Origin: Desulfobulbus oralis | GTDB taxonomy: Bacteria > Desulfobacterota > Desulfobulbia > Desulfobulbales > Desulfobulbaceae | Assembly: GCF_002952055.1 (NCBI RefSeq) | Contig: NZ_CP021255.1 | Location: 806,851-870,850, forward strand | Length of the DNA stretch: 64,000 nt | Reading direction: 5' to 3' | In this document: piece after piece, positions 50,783 to 59,296 of the stretch | How the letters are laid out: each line of letters begins with the position of its first letter | How positions within the stretch are numbered: position 1 is the stretch's first letter | Notes under the pieces: generated by a model | What the model was told of the DNA's origin: nothing | The model's input: the letters and a program-made list of their open reading frames with translations, nothing else | Database searches by the model: none | Translations under genes and position numbers: made by a program

Positions 50783-51157
50783 TCAGGCTGTCAGGTGTTG
50801 CAGATCGCCTTGCGGATGGGCAAAGGCCTGGAACGCGTCCACATAGGCGTCCAGAAGCTTTTGATCGGCCTCGGACACGTAAAAAAATTCGATGCCATAA
50901 CGGTAGCGCGGATGGATGAACGCCGAGTAGGCCACCCTGCCCATGATGTCGACCAGGGTGTTTTTCAACTCGAGCGTGATCATCACCTTCTGCCCCCTTT
51001 CCAGCGCAAGATGGGTCTCCATCAGGATGCCGCCCTTGCTGACGTTCAGGGTTCTGGCCATGGTATATTCCCCATGGCGGCCTCTTTCGTCCACCACGAC
51101 AAAATCGAGCAGGTTCAGGGATTGTGGCCGGCTGTCTCTTCTGCGTTCTCTGTTCAT
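50783..51157 (-). CDS. PilZ domain protein (a putative c-di-GMP receptor).
   Basis: The RRxxxR motif (MNRERRRDSR) and an N/DxSxGG motif (LNVSKGG) are present. The protein is 124 aa from ATG 51157. The longer track ORF is antisense to glnA and was rejected. Confidence 0.6.
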   Translation of the reverse strand: MNRERRRDSRPQSLNLLDFVVVDERGRHGEYTMARTLNVSKGGILMETHLALERGQKVMITLELKNTLVDIMGRVAYSAFIHPRYRYGIEFFYVSEADQKLLDAYVDAFQAFAHPQGDLQHLTA

Positions 51158-51427
51158 GGGAGCATTCCACATTCGTTTAGGGCAAGCAACTTCCTGAAGC
51201 GGACAAGTCGTGATATAGTTATAGTGTTTACGGAACAAGGGCAATCTTTTTTTCGGACCTTGCCCGCGGAAGCAAAGATCGTGGGCAGCGTCCGGGAAAA
51301 TCCGGGCTCTTTCCCGCAGTGACGAAGGCATGAAAGCGGGCGGCATTTTTTTGTCTGAAAGACTGCGGCCCGCCTGGCCTTGAACCGGACAATCAATCAG
51401 CCTATTCGGCACAATAAGGGGTATGAT

Positions 51428-52756
51428 ATGGAGAGAGAAGAAATTAAGGAGATTATTGCCAGGAAAAACGTCAATTTTTTCCGGCTGCAGTTTGTGGATA
51501 TTTTCGGCTTCATGAAAAATATCTCCTTCCCGCTCAGCCAGATTGAAAAGGCGCTGGACGGCAAGATCATGTTCGACGGTTCCTCCATCGAGGGCTTTGT
51601 CCGTATCAACGAATCGGACATGTACCTGAAGCCTGACTTCAACACCTTCGCGCTGCTCCCCTGGCGCGACAAGTACGGTTCGGCTGCGGCCCGCATCATC
51701 TGCGATGTGCACAATGCCGACGAAAGCCCCTTTATCGGCTGTCCCCGGCAGAACCTGAAACGGGTGCTGGCCGAAGCCCGGGAAAAGGGCTATACCATGA
51801 ACGTGGGCACGGAATGCGAGTTTTTTCTCTTCAAGCAGGATGCCAATGGCCAGGCCACCACCATCACCGACGACGTGGCCAGCTACTTCGACACCGACCC
51901 GGCCGACGCGGGCACCGACTGCCGCCGCAAGATCATCCAGACGCTCGAGGCCATGGGTTTTGAAATCGAGGCCTCGCATCACGAAGTGGCCATCGGCCAG
52001 CACGAGATCAACTTCAAATACGCCAACGCCCTGACCGCAGCGGACAACACCGTGACCTTCAAGTGGGTGGTGCGCACCATTGCGGCAGAATTCGGCCTGC
52101 ATGCCACCTTTATGCCCAAGCCGGTTTTCGGCATCAGCGGCTCCGGCATGCACACCAACCAGTCACTGTTTACGCTGGACGGCAAAAATGCCTTTTTCGA
52201 TGCGGATGCCGGCTTGCAACTAAGTGAAGTGGCGATGAAATATATAGCAGGCCTCTGCAAGCACGCCCGCAGCTTCTGCGCAGTCACCAATCCCCTGGTC
52301 AACTCCTACAAACGGCTGGTCTCGGGCTATGAAGCGCCGGTCTATATCGCCTGGTCAGCCTCCAATCGTTCGGTTCTGGTACGTATTCCGGCCTCACGAG
52401 GCATGAGCACCCGTACCGAGGTGCGCAATCCCGATCCGGCCTGCAACCCCTATCTGGCCTTTGCCGCCATGCTGGCAGCGGGTCTGGACGGCATCGAGAA
52501 CAACCTGCCCACGCCGGAGCAGAGCACGGCCGATCTCTACGAAATGAACGAGGAGGAACGCCTGGCCGCAGGCATAGCCATCCTGCCCGTTGACCTGCAC
52601 GAGGCGCTGGAATGTCTGAAAGCGAGCCAGGTCATGAAAAAGGCCCTGGGGCCGCACATTTTCGATAAGTATCTGGAAGGCAAGGAGCGGGAATGGGACG
52701 AGTACCGCACTGCGGTCACCGACTGGGAGATCAAAAGCTATCTTTGCAAGTACTGA
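51428..52756 (+). CDS. glnA: Glutamine synthetase.
   Basis: The protein reads ...FDGSSIEGF...NVGTECEFFLF...PKPVFGISGSGMHTNQS...NSYKRL...RIPASRG and is 442 aa. Confidence 0.9.
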   Translation: MEREEIKEIIARKNVNFFRLQFVDIFGFMKNISFPLSQIEKALDGKIMFDGSSIEGFVRINESDMYLKPDFNTFALLPWRDKYGSAAARIICDVHNADESPFIGCPRQNLKRVLAEAREKGYTMNVGTECEFFLFKQDANGQATTITDDVASYFDTDPADAGTDCRRKIIQTLEAMGFEIEASHHEVAIGQHEINFKYANALTAADNTVTFKWVVRTIAAEFGLHATFMPKPVFGISGSGMHTNQSLFTLDGKNAFFDADAGLQLSEVAMKYIAGLCKHARSFCAVTNPLVNSYKRLVSGYEAPVYIAWSASNRSVLVRIPASRGMSTRTEVRNPDPACNPYLAFAAMLAAGLDGIENNLPTPEQSTADLYEMNEEERLAAGIAILPVDLHEALECLKASQVMKKALGPHIFDKYLEGKEREWDEYRTAVTDWEIKSYLCKY

Positions 52757-52982
52757 ATGCCCACCCGGCTGGGCTCCGGGCAGCCGGAGGCTACAACCGG
52801 CCTCTGGCTGCCTGTCGTTTTGCAAAGCCGAAGGCAGTCTGCATGGAGAGCAGCCTTGCAATACGCCAAAAGACTGCTTGGTGTGGCAGGGCTCTGCCCT
52901 CTCGGGGCGCATGGCCGGCTTTTCCAGGCCCCATCCGCACAGTCACCGTCTGGATAGGCCCTGTACCGGTGGCAGCCACGCC

Positions 52983-53714
52983 ATGAGTGCGACGACCAGC
53001 CACACTATGCCGGCCATGCAGCCGCTGCGGCCGGAAACGAGCCTGCGTTTTGCCTGCCGGCCGGGGGTGATCTGCTTCAACGAATGCTGCCGTGAGCTGG
53101 ATCTGGCGCTTTTTCCCTATGACGTGCTCCGGCTCAGGAGGGCGCTGGGCATTTCCTCCGGCGAATTCATGAAAAAATATGTGCTGGTGACCCAGGAAGA
53201 TGGCCAGGTCTTCCCGATTTGCCGGCTCAGCATGGTGGACGACGGCCGGGCAAGCTGCGTCTTTGTGCGTCGGGAGGGGTGCAGTGTTTATGCTGATCGC
53301 CCTGCCGCCTGCAGGGCCTATCCGGTAGGCCGGGGCGCATCCTTCCGAGGCGACGGCAGCTTGAGCGAACGGCTCGTGCTGTTGCAGGAGCGGCATTGCC
53401 ATGGCTTTGCCGAAAACTGCGAACGCAGTGTGGCCGCTTACCTGGAGGCTCAGGGTTTGAGCGAATACAACCGCTTCAACGACGCGCTCCTGAGATTGCA
53501 CCAGCACCCGAGGGTGCTGGATGGCAGCTTCGTACCCACAGAGCGGCAGTTGCACCGATACGTGCTGGCCCTCTACGATCTGGATCGCTTCCGCCGGCTT
53601 CCGGGCAGGGCTGCGATTCAGATGGCCACCCGGCAGGAGGCGCTGCCAGACAAGGACGAGGAGCTTTTGCTGCTCGCCATTGACTGGCTGGTCAGGGATT
53701 TTTTCGGCCCCTGA
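52983..53714 (+). CDS. YkgJ-family (UPF0153, CxxCxxCC) putative Fe-S/zinc-binding protein.
   Basis: The motifs CRPGVICFNECCRELDLALFPYD and CVFVRREGCSVYADRPAACRAYP are present. The protein is 243 aa. Confidence 0.55.
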   Translation: MSATTSHTMPAMQPLRPETSLRFACRPGVICFNECCRELDLALFPYDVLRLRRALGISSGEFMKKYVLVTQEDGQVFPICRLSMVDDGRASCVFVRREGCSVYADRPAACRAYPVGRGASFRGDGSLSERLVLLQERHCHGFAENCERSVAAYLEAQGLSEYNRFNDALLRLHQHPRVLDGSFVPTERQLHRYVLALYDLDRFRRLPGRAAIQMATRQEALPDKDEELLLLAIDWLVRDFFGP

Positions 53715-53899
53715 ACCCCGCGCCGCTCCTGCGCGTACAGGCTGTCTCTAAAGTCTTTGGAAAACACCGGCCAGAGTGAGTGCCGCCACGCCTGTCCACC
53801 GTGAAGCTGGCCCGGCCCATGCGGCAAAGCCTGGGGCAGCGCCGGCAAGGACAGCCACAACTCATGCATGGATACGGCCTTTGCTGCTGGAGTAGCATA

Positions 53900-54559
53900 A
53901 TGCGTACACCAAAACTTGTGATTTTCGACTGCGACGGGGTGATGGTTGATTCCCGTGAAGCAGATCGCTGTTTTTACAATGATATTCTCTCGGCCTTTGG
54001 CTGCCCGCCCATGACCCGGGAACAGACGGATTACGTGTTCATGCACGATGCCCGGACCGGGCTGCGCTTTTTGTTCCGCGACCACCCGGAGGTGAGTGCC
54101 GCCGAGGTGGAGATGGTGGCGGCGGAGAGCGATTTCACGCCCTACCTGCGGCGCATGACTCTGGTGCCGGGGCTGGTGGATTTTCTGCATGCGCTTCGCC
54201 GGCATGGCTTTACCGCCATATCCACCAACCGGGCCGGCTCCATGCAGGAGCTGTTGGCGGCCTTTGAACTGAGCCATCTCTTCGATTTTGTCATGACCGC
54301 GGCCGTGGCGCCCATGCCCAAGCCTGCACCCGACGGCATGGCGCTTATCCTCGGGCATTTCGGGTTGCAGCCGGAAGAGGCGCTGTACCTGGGGGACACG
54401 CTGGTAGATGCCCAGTATGCCGCGGCAAGCGGCGTGCCCTTTGTGGCCTTTGGCAACCCGGTGCTTGAGGCTAGGTATCATGCCGCGACTTTCGCCGAAG
54501 TGCGGGCCCTGCCGCCCGTGCAGGCACTGCTGGCCGGGGCCCCGCGCCCTCGCCCTTAG
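53900..54559 (+). CDS. HAD-superfamily hydrolase (phosphoglycolate phosphatase-like).
   Basis: The HAD motif I reads LVIFDCDGVMVDS. Motifs II, III and IV are also present (S/TN, K, GDTLVDAQYA). Confidence 0.7.
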   Translation: MRTPKLVIFDCDGVMVDSREADRCFYNDILSAFGCPPMTREQTDYVFMHDARTGLRFLFRDHPEVSAAEVEMVAAESDFTPYLRRMTLVPGLVDFLHALRRHGFTAISTNRAGSMQELLAAFELSHLFDFVMTAAVAPMPKPAPDGMALILGHFGLQPEEALYLGDTLVDAQYAAASGVPFVAFGNPVLEARYHAATFAEVRALPPVQALLAGAPRPRP

Positions 54560-54634
54560 GGCAAAACAAATTCTTGCTTTTTCTGCCGTATCGGGTAGAA
54601 AGGCTCATCCCAAGCCGCCATTGCAGCGGTTTCT

Positions 54635-54711
54635 GGCGATGTAGCTCAGATGGTTAGAGCATGCGGCTCATATCCGCAGTGTCCGGGGTTCGATTCCCTG
54701 CATCGCCACCA
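54635..54711 (+). tRNA. tRNA-Met (anticodon CAT). It could alternatively be tRNA-Ile2 (lysidine-modified CAU).
   Basis: The acceptor stem reads GGCGATG...CATCGCC with an ACCA tail. The D-arm reads TAGCTCAGATGGTTAGAGC. The anticodon loop reads CTCATAT. The T-arm reads GGTTCGATTCC. Confidence 0.8.
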
Positions 54712-54749
54712 AGGACAATTCCAGAGAGATCTGGCATGATATATATAAG

Positions 54750-54781
54750 CCCGCAGCCAATCGAGGTTTGCGGGTTTTTTC
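54750..54781 (+). terminator. Rho-independent terminator after the tRNA.
   Basis: The stem CCCGCA/TGCGGG with a 13-nt loop is followed by TTTTTTC. Confidence 0.6.
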
Positions 54782-55015
54782 ATGCCTGCCAGCCCGTGTA
54801 TGAGGTTTGGGGCTTGATCGGGGCGTGTTGACAGTGCTTGCGAAGCTGGTTGTCTTCCGCAGTGTCTGCCTATGCAGCCAACAGAAGAACAACATACCCT
54901 GGTTCAGGCTGTGCTCCCGCACCAATGGGCCAATGTCAGTCGTCCAGCCTTGCAAGTATCCAGGGCTGAGGCCATTCAGGCGGGTGGCCAGCGGATAGGA
55001 CACACTCGAGGCACC

Positions 55016-55696
55016 CTAGCCCAGGCTCTCAACGATGCGGGCAAAGGCGCTGGCATTGTGGCAGGCTTCGCCCAGCATGAGGCCGCCTAGCCCCTCGATC
55101 GCCCAGATGCTGCGGGCATTGCCCGCATGCACACCGCCGCCGTACAGAACCGGCCGATCATCACTCTGGCGTCGGATATGCGCCACGCTTTTGGCAATGG
55201 TCTCCAGATCCTCCTTCTGCAGCGGCATGGTCACCCTGGGCGTAAAGGCCCAGAAGACCTGTTCCTGCTCTTCCCGCCGGAGCGCGGCCAGTTGGGGGGC
55301 AAAAGTGCCGCTCTCCACGCAGACAATGGGCCTGATTGCCTCATCCAGGGCCTCGGCGACCTCCCTGGCCACGTCCTGCACACTTTCGTGGAAATAGCAG
55401 CGCCGTTCGCGGTGGCCTGCCAGGGTGTAGCGCACCAGGCCCTTCAGCCAGGCGGCCGGAGTGGCGCCGGTGTAACTGCCCTGGGGAAAGGGGGAAAGGG
55501 CCTGCGCCGCCAGACTGAAACCGGCGTGCCCCCCGATTTTGTCGGCAGCATCGCCAAGGGCCATGTCCGGCAGGGCCAGCACGACTTCAAGCGTGTCCGG
55601 CGTCTTGCCCAGGGCCGAGAGGAGGGCATCGCACCATTCGCCCACCAGTCTGGGGGAACGATAGGCTTTGAGGTTGGCGAGAACGATTTTTTTCAT
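55016..55696 (-). CDS. Divergent triosephosphate isomerase-family protein.
   Basis: TIM-like motifs are present: NLK for NWK, LAGHRERR for GHSERR, and LYGGGVHAGNA for YGGSV. The canonical AYEPVWAIGTG catalytic loop is not conserved. Confidence 0.5.
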   Translation of the reverse strand: MKKIVLANLKAYRSPRLVGEWCDALLSALGKTPDTLEVVLALPDMALGDAADKIGGHAGFSLAAQALSPFPQGSYTGATPAAWLKGLVRYTLAGHRERRCYFHESVQDVAREVAEALDEAIRPIVCVESGTFAPQLAALRREEQEQVFWAFTPRVTMPLQKEDLETIAKSVAHIRRQSDDRPVLYGGGVHAGNARSIWAIEGLGGLMLGEACHNASAFARIVESLG

Positions 55697-55698
55697 GG

Positions 55699-56028
55699 TC
55701 ATGGCCGTTCTTCTTCTGGAGGATCGCCCTGCTGCAGAAAAGGCGCGAGTGCGGCCCGGATGTCTGCCTCGCTCATGCCGCTTATCCGTAGCGTTTTTTG
55801 CCGCCCCTGCCCGCCGCTTTTGAGGCTGACCGCGCTTTTGGGCAGGCCCAGAGCCTTGGCCAGCACGGCCAGCACCGCCCGATTGGCCTGACCATCCACC
55901 GGCGGAGCCGTGAGCCGGAGCTTCAGGGCGTTGTTCATCAGACCGGCAATCTGGTTTTGCGCGGCCCTGGGCTGTACGTGAACGTGCAGGAGCATGCTGC
56001 CGTCGCTCTGGGGCGAGAGGAAGGGCAT
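55699..56028 (-). CDS. yggU: DUF167/YggU family protein.
   Basis: The protein reads LLHVHVQPRAAQNQIAG...LKLRLTAPPVDGQANRAVLAVLAKALGLPKSAVSLKSGGQGRQKTLRISG. Confidence 0.7.
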   Translation of the reverse strand: MPFLSPQSDGSMLLHVHVQPRAAQNQIAGLMNNALKLRLTAPPVDGQANRAVLAVLAKALGLPKSAVSLKSGGQGRQKTLRISGMSEADIRAALAPFLQQGDPPEEERP

Positions 56029-56322
56029 TCAGCGCATCCCCACCGCCTGCTGCACCATGGCGCTCAGGAAGCTCTGCACAAACACAATGGCCAGGATGAG
56101 GGCAATGGGCGTCAGATCCATCCCGCCTATGGGCGGGATGAAGCGGCGCAGGCGGTCCAGCACCGGGTCGGTCACCCGGTGGAGAAAGCGCACCACCGGG
56201 TTGTGGGGATCGGGATTCACCCAGGAAATCAGCGCCCGGGCAATGATGATCCAGATGTAGGCGTCCAGAAGCAGATTGATCGGGCGGGTCAGGGCCAGAA
56301 AGAAACTGGTGAGAAGAGACAT
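56029..56322 (-). CDS. yggT: YggT family small membrane protein.
   Basis: The protein is 97 aa with two transmembrane helices. The conserved region reads ILSWV...NPVVRFLHRVTDPVL. Confidence 0.7.
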   Translation of the reverse strand: MSLLTSFFLALTRPINLLLDAYIWIIIARALISWVNPDPHNPVVRFLHRVTDPVLDRLRRFIPPIGGMDLTPIALILAIVFVQSFLSAMVQQAVGMR

Positions 56323-56368
56323 GGCAAGTATCCGAAATTAGGCCGCCGGAGCGGCTGAAAAAGAGTGG

Positions 56369-58294
56369 TCAGGCGATTTCGCTGCCCGGGTTCATGGCCG
56401 GGTCGACAAAGAGCAGCTTGAGTCTCTCCGTGCCATCGTCCTGTTTTTCCCTGGCCGCGAGAATCATGCCGGCCGAAACAATGCCCATGAGCCTGGCCGG
56501 CTGGAGGTTGGCGACCAGGGCCACCTTTTTGCCCAGCAGCTCCTCCGGGCGGTAGTACTTGGCAATGCCGGAAACCACGGTACGCTCCTCCGGGCAGTGC
56601 AGTGTCAGTTGCAGCAGCCTGTCGGATTTTTTGACCGGCTGCGCGGCCACGATTTCCGCCACCCTGAGATCAAGGGCTTTGAACTGCTCCAGGCTGATCA
56701 GCTCGGCGCCGCCTGCGGAACTTTTCGCGGCTTCCTTGTTGGCCGGCATCTCCTTCTTCCGCTCGAGACGCGGGAAGAGCTGAACAAGTTCGCCGATCTG
56801 GGCCCTGGCCGGCACGGCCTGCCAGTCGGCCAAATGGGCAAGCCGGGCCTGCGAAAATGCCGCCTCCATGCCCAGGGCCCTGGCCATTTTGGCCGCGGTT
56901 TCGGGCATGATGGGCTTCAGGGCCACGGCAATCATCCAGAGGCTGCCGCCCAGCAGGGCCAGCACGGTGTTGAGCCGCTCGGCCCTGTCCGGCTGTTTGG
57001 CCAGCTCCCAGGGCGCATTGCTCACGATGAAGCGGTTCAGCAGGCCAATAACCTCCCACAGGGCCTGCAGGGCCCGGTGGAAACGGAAATCACGCATTTC
57101 GGCCTCATAGGCCCGGGCCATGTGATCGAGAGCGGCCTGCAACTCGCGGTCGCTGTCCTCGAGAGCGCGGTCGCCGGCCACCGAAGGTATCCGGCCCCCG
57201 GCATATTTGCCGATCATGGTCAGGGAGCGGGAGAACAGATTGCCCAGATCGTTGGCCAGGTCCGCGTTCTGCCGGGCCAGGATGGCATCGTGGGAGAAGG
57301 AGGCATCCAGGCCGAAGTTCATTTCGCGCAGCAGGAAATAGCGGACTGTGTCCACGCCGTAGCTGTCCACCAGGTCCCCGGGCCTGATGACATTGCCCAG
57401 GGATTTGGACATCTTGGTCGAGTCCACATTCCAGTAGCCGTGCACGTGCAGCCGCCAGAACGGCTCCAGCCCCATGGCGTGCAGCATGGTGGGCCAGTAG
57501 ATGGCATGCGGCTTCAGGATGTCCTTTGCGACCACGTGTTCGGCCACGGGCCAGAATTCGCGAAACATGGGATCGCCGGGCCAGTCCAGGCCGCTCAGGT
57601 AGTTGATGAGCGCGTCAAACCAGACATAGGTCACGAATTTGTCGTCAAAGGGCAGGGGGATGCCCCAGGTCAGGCGGCTCGTGGGTCGGGAGATGCAGAG
57701 GTCTTCAAGCGGCTCTTCCAGAAAGGCCAGCACCTCGTTCCGGTAGCGCTCCGGGGTGATGAATTCGGGATGCCTCCGGATGTGCTCGATCAGCCAGTCC
57801 TGGTGCCTGGACATGCGGAAGAAGTAGTTTTGCTCCGTTATCGGCTCCGGCTCCTTCAGATGGTCCGGACACAAACCGTTGACCAGCTCCTTGTCGGTCA
57901 GAAAGCGCTCGCAGCCACGGCAGTACAGCCCTGCATATTCACTGAAGTAGATGTCGCCCTTGTCCTGCACCAGGGTCAGAATGCGCTGCACCGTGGCGAT
58001 ATGCTCCGGGTCGGTGGTGCGGATGATATGGTCCGGCTGCACGTTCAGGATGGGCCAGATCGCCCGGAACTGGGCCGAGATGTCGTCCACATACGCGCGG
58101 GGTGTTTTGCCCCCCTTGGCCGCGGCTTCGGCGATTTTTTCGCCGTGCTCGTCGGTGCCGGTCTGAAAACGGACCTGGTCGCCCAACAGCCGTTTGAAAC
58201 GGCTGTAGACGTCGGTGACGATGGTGGTGTAGGCGTGGCCCAGATGGGGCTGGGCATTCACATAGTAAATCGGGGTGGTGACGTAGGTTGGCAT
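56369..58294 (-). CDS. metG: Methionyl-tRNA synthetase.
   Basis: The N-terminus reads MPTYVTTPIYYVNAQPHLGHAYTT (HIGH motif). The KMSKS motif is present. The protein is 641 aa with the C-terminal tRNA-binding domain. Confidence 0.95.
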   Translation of the reverse strand: MPTYVTTPIYYVNAQPHLGHAYTTIVTDVYSRFKRLLGDQVRFQTGTDEHGEKIAEAAAKGGKTPRAYVDDISAQFRAIWPILNVQPDHIIRTTDPEHIATVQRILTLVQDKGDIYFSEYAGLYCRGCERFLTDKELVNGLCPDHLKEPEPITEQNYFFRMSRHQDWLIEHIRRHPEFITPERYRNEVLAFLEEPLEDLCISRPTSRLTWGIPLPFDDKFVTYVWFDALINYLSGLDWPGDPMFREFWPVAEHVVAKDILKPHAIYWPTMLHAMGLEPFWRLHVHGYWNVDSTKMSKSLGNVIRPGDLVDSYGVDTVRYFLLREMNFGLDASFSHDAILARQNADLANDLGNLFSRSLTMIGKYAGGRIPSVAGDRALEDSDRELQAALDHMARAYEAEMRDFRFHRALQALWEVIGLLNRFIVSNAPWELAKQPDRAERLNTVLALLGGSLWMIAVALKPIMPETAAKMARALGMEAAFSQARLAHLADWQAVPARAQIGELVQLFPRLERKKEMPANKEAAKSSAGGAELISLEQFKALDLRVAEIVAAQPVKKSDRLLQLTLHCPEERTVVSGIAKYYRPEELLGKKVALVANLQPARLMGIVSAGMILAAREKQDDGTERLKLLFVDPAMNPGSEIA

Positions 58295-58321
58295 GACTTC
58301 CTGCTGGATTGAGACCGAATT

Positions 58322-59296
58322 TTATTCCTGACGCGTTTTGCCTGGCTTTCTGCGGCGATTGTGGCGGGGGCGGGCGTTGGCCGGGGGACCGGCCGCAGGC
58401 GCCATGCCCGCCTTGCTGTCCTCAGGGGGCGCGTTGGCGTCCGCGTTTTGCCACTCCGCCCTGCCGACGCTTTTATGCGTGCCGTCCGGGCCGCTCACGG
58501 TGAGGGTTTCGGTCAGCGGATGCTGCTGCAGGACAGTCCAGCTTACGCCGCCCAGGTCGAGCGTTTTCCCGGGCTTGGGCATTTGCCTGCGAACGTTTTT
58601 GTACTGCTCGTATTCGTAGGTCAGGCAGCAGAGCAGGCGGTTGCAGTTGCCGGAAATCTTGGCCGGGTTCAGCGGCAGCTCCTGGGTCTTGGCCATCTTG
58701 ATGGAGACCGGGTCGAAGACCTTTAAAAAGGTGGCGCAGCACAGAGGCCGGCCGCAGGCGCCCAGACCGCCCAGCATCTGGGTTTCGTGGCGCACGCCGA
58801 TCTGCCGCATTTCGATGCGGGTGTGGTATTGCCGGACCAGCACCTTGACCAGTTCCCGGAAATCCACCCGGTTTTCTGCGGTAAAGTAGAAGATCATCTT
58901 GGAGCCGTCAAAGAAGCGCTCCACCCGCACCAGACTCATCAGAAGGCCCTGACGCGCCACCTGGGCCTGACAGAAGGAGAAGGCTTCCTGCTCCTGCAGC
59001 AGGAGCGCTTCGTACTGGCTTCTCTCGTCTTCGGTGGCAGGCCTGAGGATTTCAAGACAGGTGGGTTTGTCTGCCGGTTGCAAAAAGGCGCCCAGGCAGC
59101 CGCCCACGATGGCAGGCTCCGGGCCCTGTTCCATATGCACCATGACCAGTTCGCCCCGGTGCAGGGGGGCTCCGTGGGTAAAGGCCGCATATTCCCGAAT
59201 CCCCTCGCGGAAGCGGATGCGATAATGGTAAAGCTCCGCGCTTTCCGGAGGATCGGCAAGCCGTTCCGGTTTTTTGTCAGTTTCTGGTCCGTTCAT
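58322..59296 (-). CDS. PSP1 domain protein (YaaT/RicT-like).
   Basis: The protein reads ...CGRPLCCATFLKVFDPVSIKMAKTQELPLNPAKISGNCNRLLCCLTYEYEQY. It lies immediately downstream of holB, which is the conserved holB-yaaT arrangement. Confidence 0.75.
   Translation of the reverse strand: MNGPETDKKPERLADPPESAELYHYRIRFREGIREYAAFTHGAPLHRGELVMVHMEQGPEPAIVGGCLGAFLQPADKPTCLEILRPATEDERSQYEALLLQEQEAFSFCQAQVARQGLLMSLVRVERFFDGSKMIFYFTAENRVDFRELVKVLVRQYHTRIEMRQIGVRHETQMLGGLGACGRPLCCATFLKVFDPVSIKMAKTQELPLNPAKISGNCNRLLCCLTYEYEQYKNVRRQMPKPGKTLDLGGVSWTVLQQHPLTETLTVSGPDGTHKSVGRAEWQNADANAPPEDSKAGMAPAAGPPANARPRHNRRRKPGKTRQE

Noticed and set aside
47921-51170. Two long minus-strand ORFs (456 and 676 aa).
   Set aside because: They are antisense to manB and manC and are His/Gly/Arg-rich artefacts of the high-GC third positions of the real genes.
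51158-51427. Sigma54 (-24 GG / -12 GC) promoter for glnA.
   Set aside because: I scanned for TGGCAC-N5-TTGC-like spacing and found no GG-N10-GC match with acceptable flanks. glnA may use a sigma70 promoter here, or the site lies outside the obvious region.
51158-52153. A long minus-strand ORF extending the PilZ gene across glnA.
   Set aside because: The upstream two-thirds is antisense to glnA. The PilZ homology (RRxxxR, NxSxGG) begins only at the internal Met at 51157.
54712-56322. A genomic island integrated at the tRNA-Met.
   Set aside because: The downstream genes (TIM-like, yggU, yggT) are conserved core genes on the opposite strand with native GC content. There is no integrase and no repeat of the tRNA 3' end.
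56597-58312. A 571-aa plus-strand ORF.
   Set aside because: It is antisense to metG, which is unambiguous, and has no motifs.
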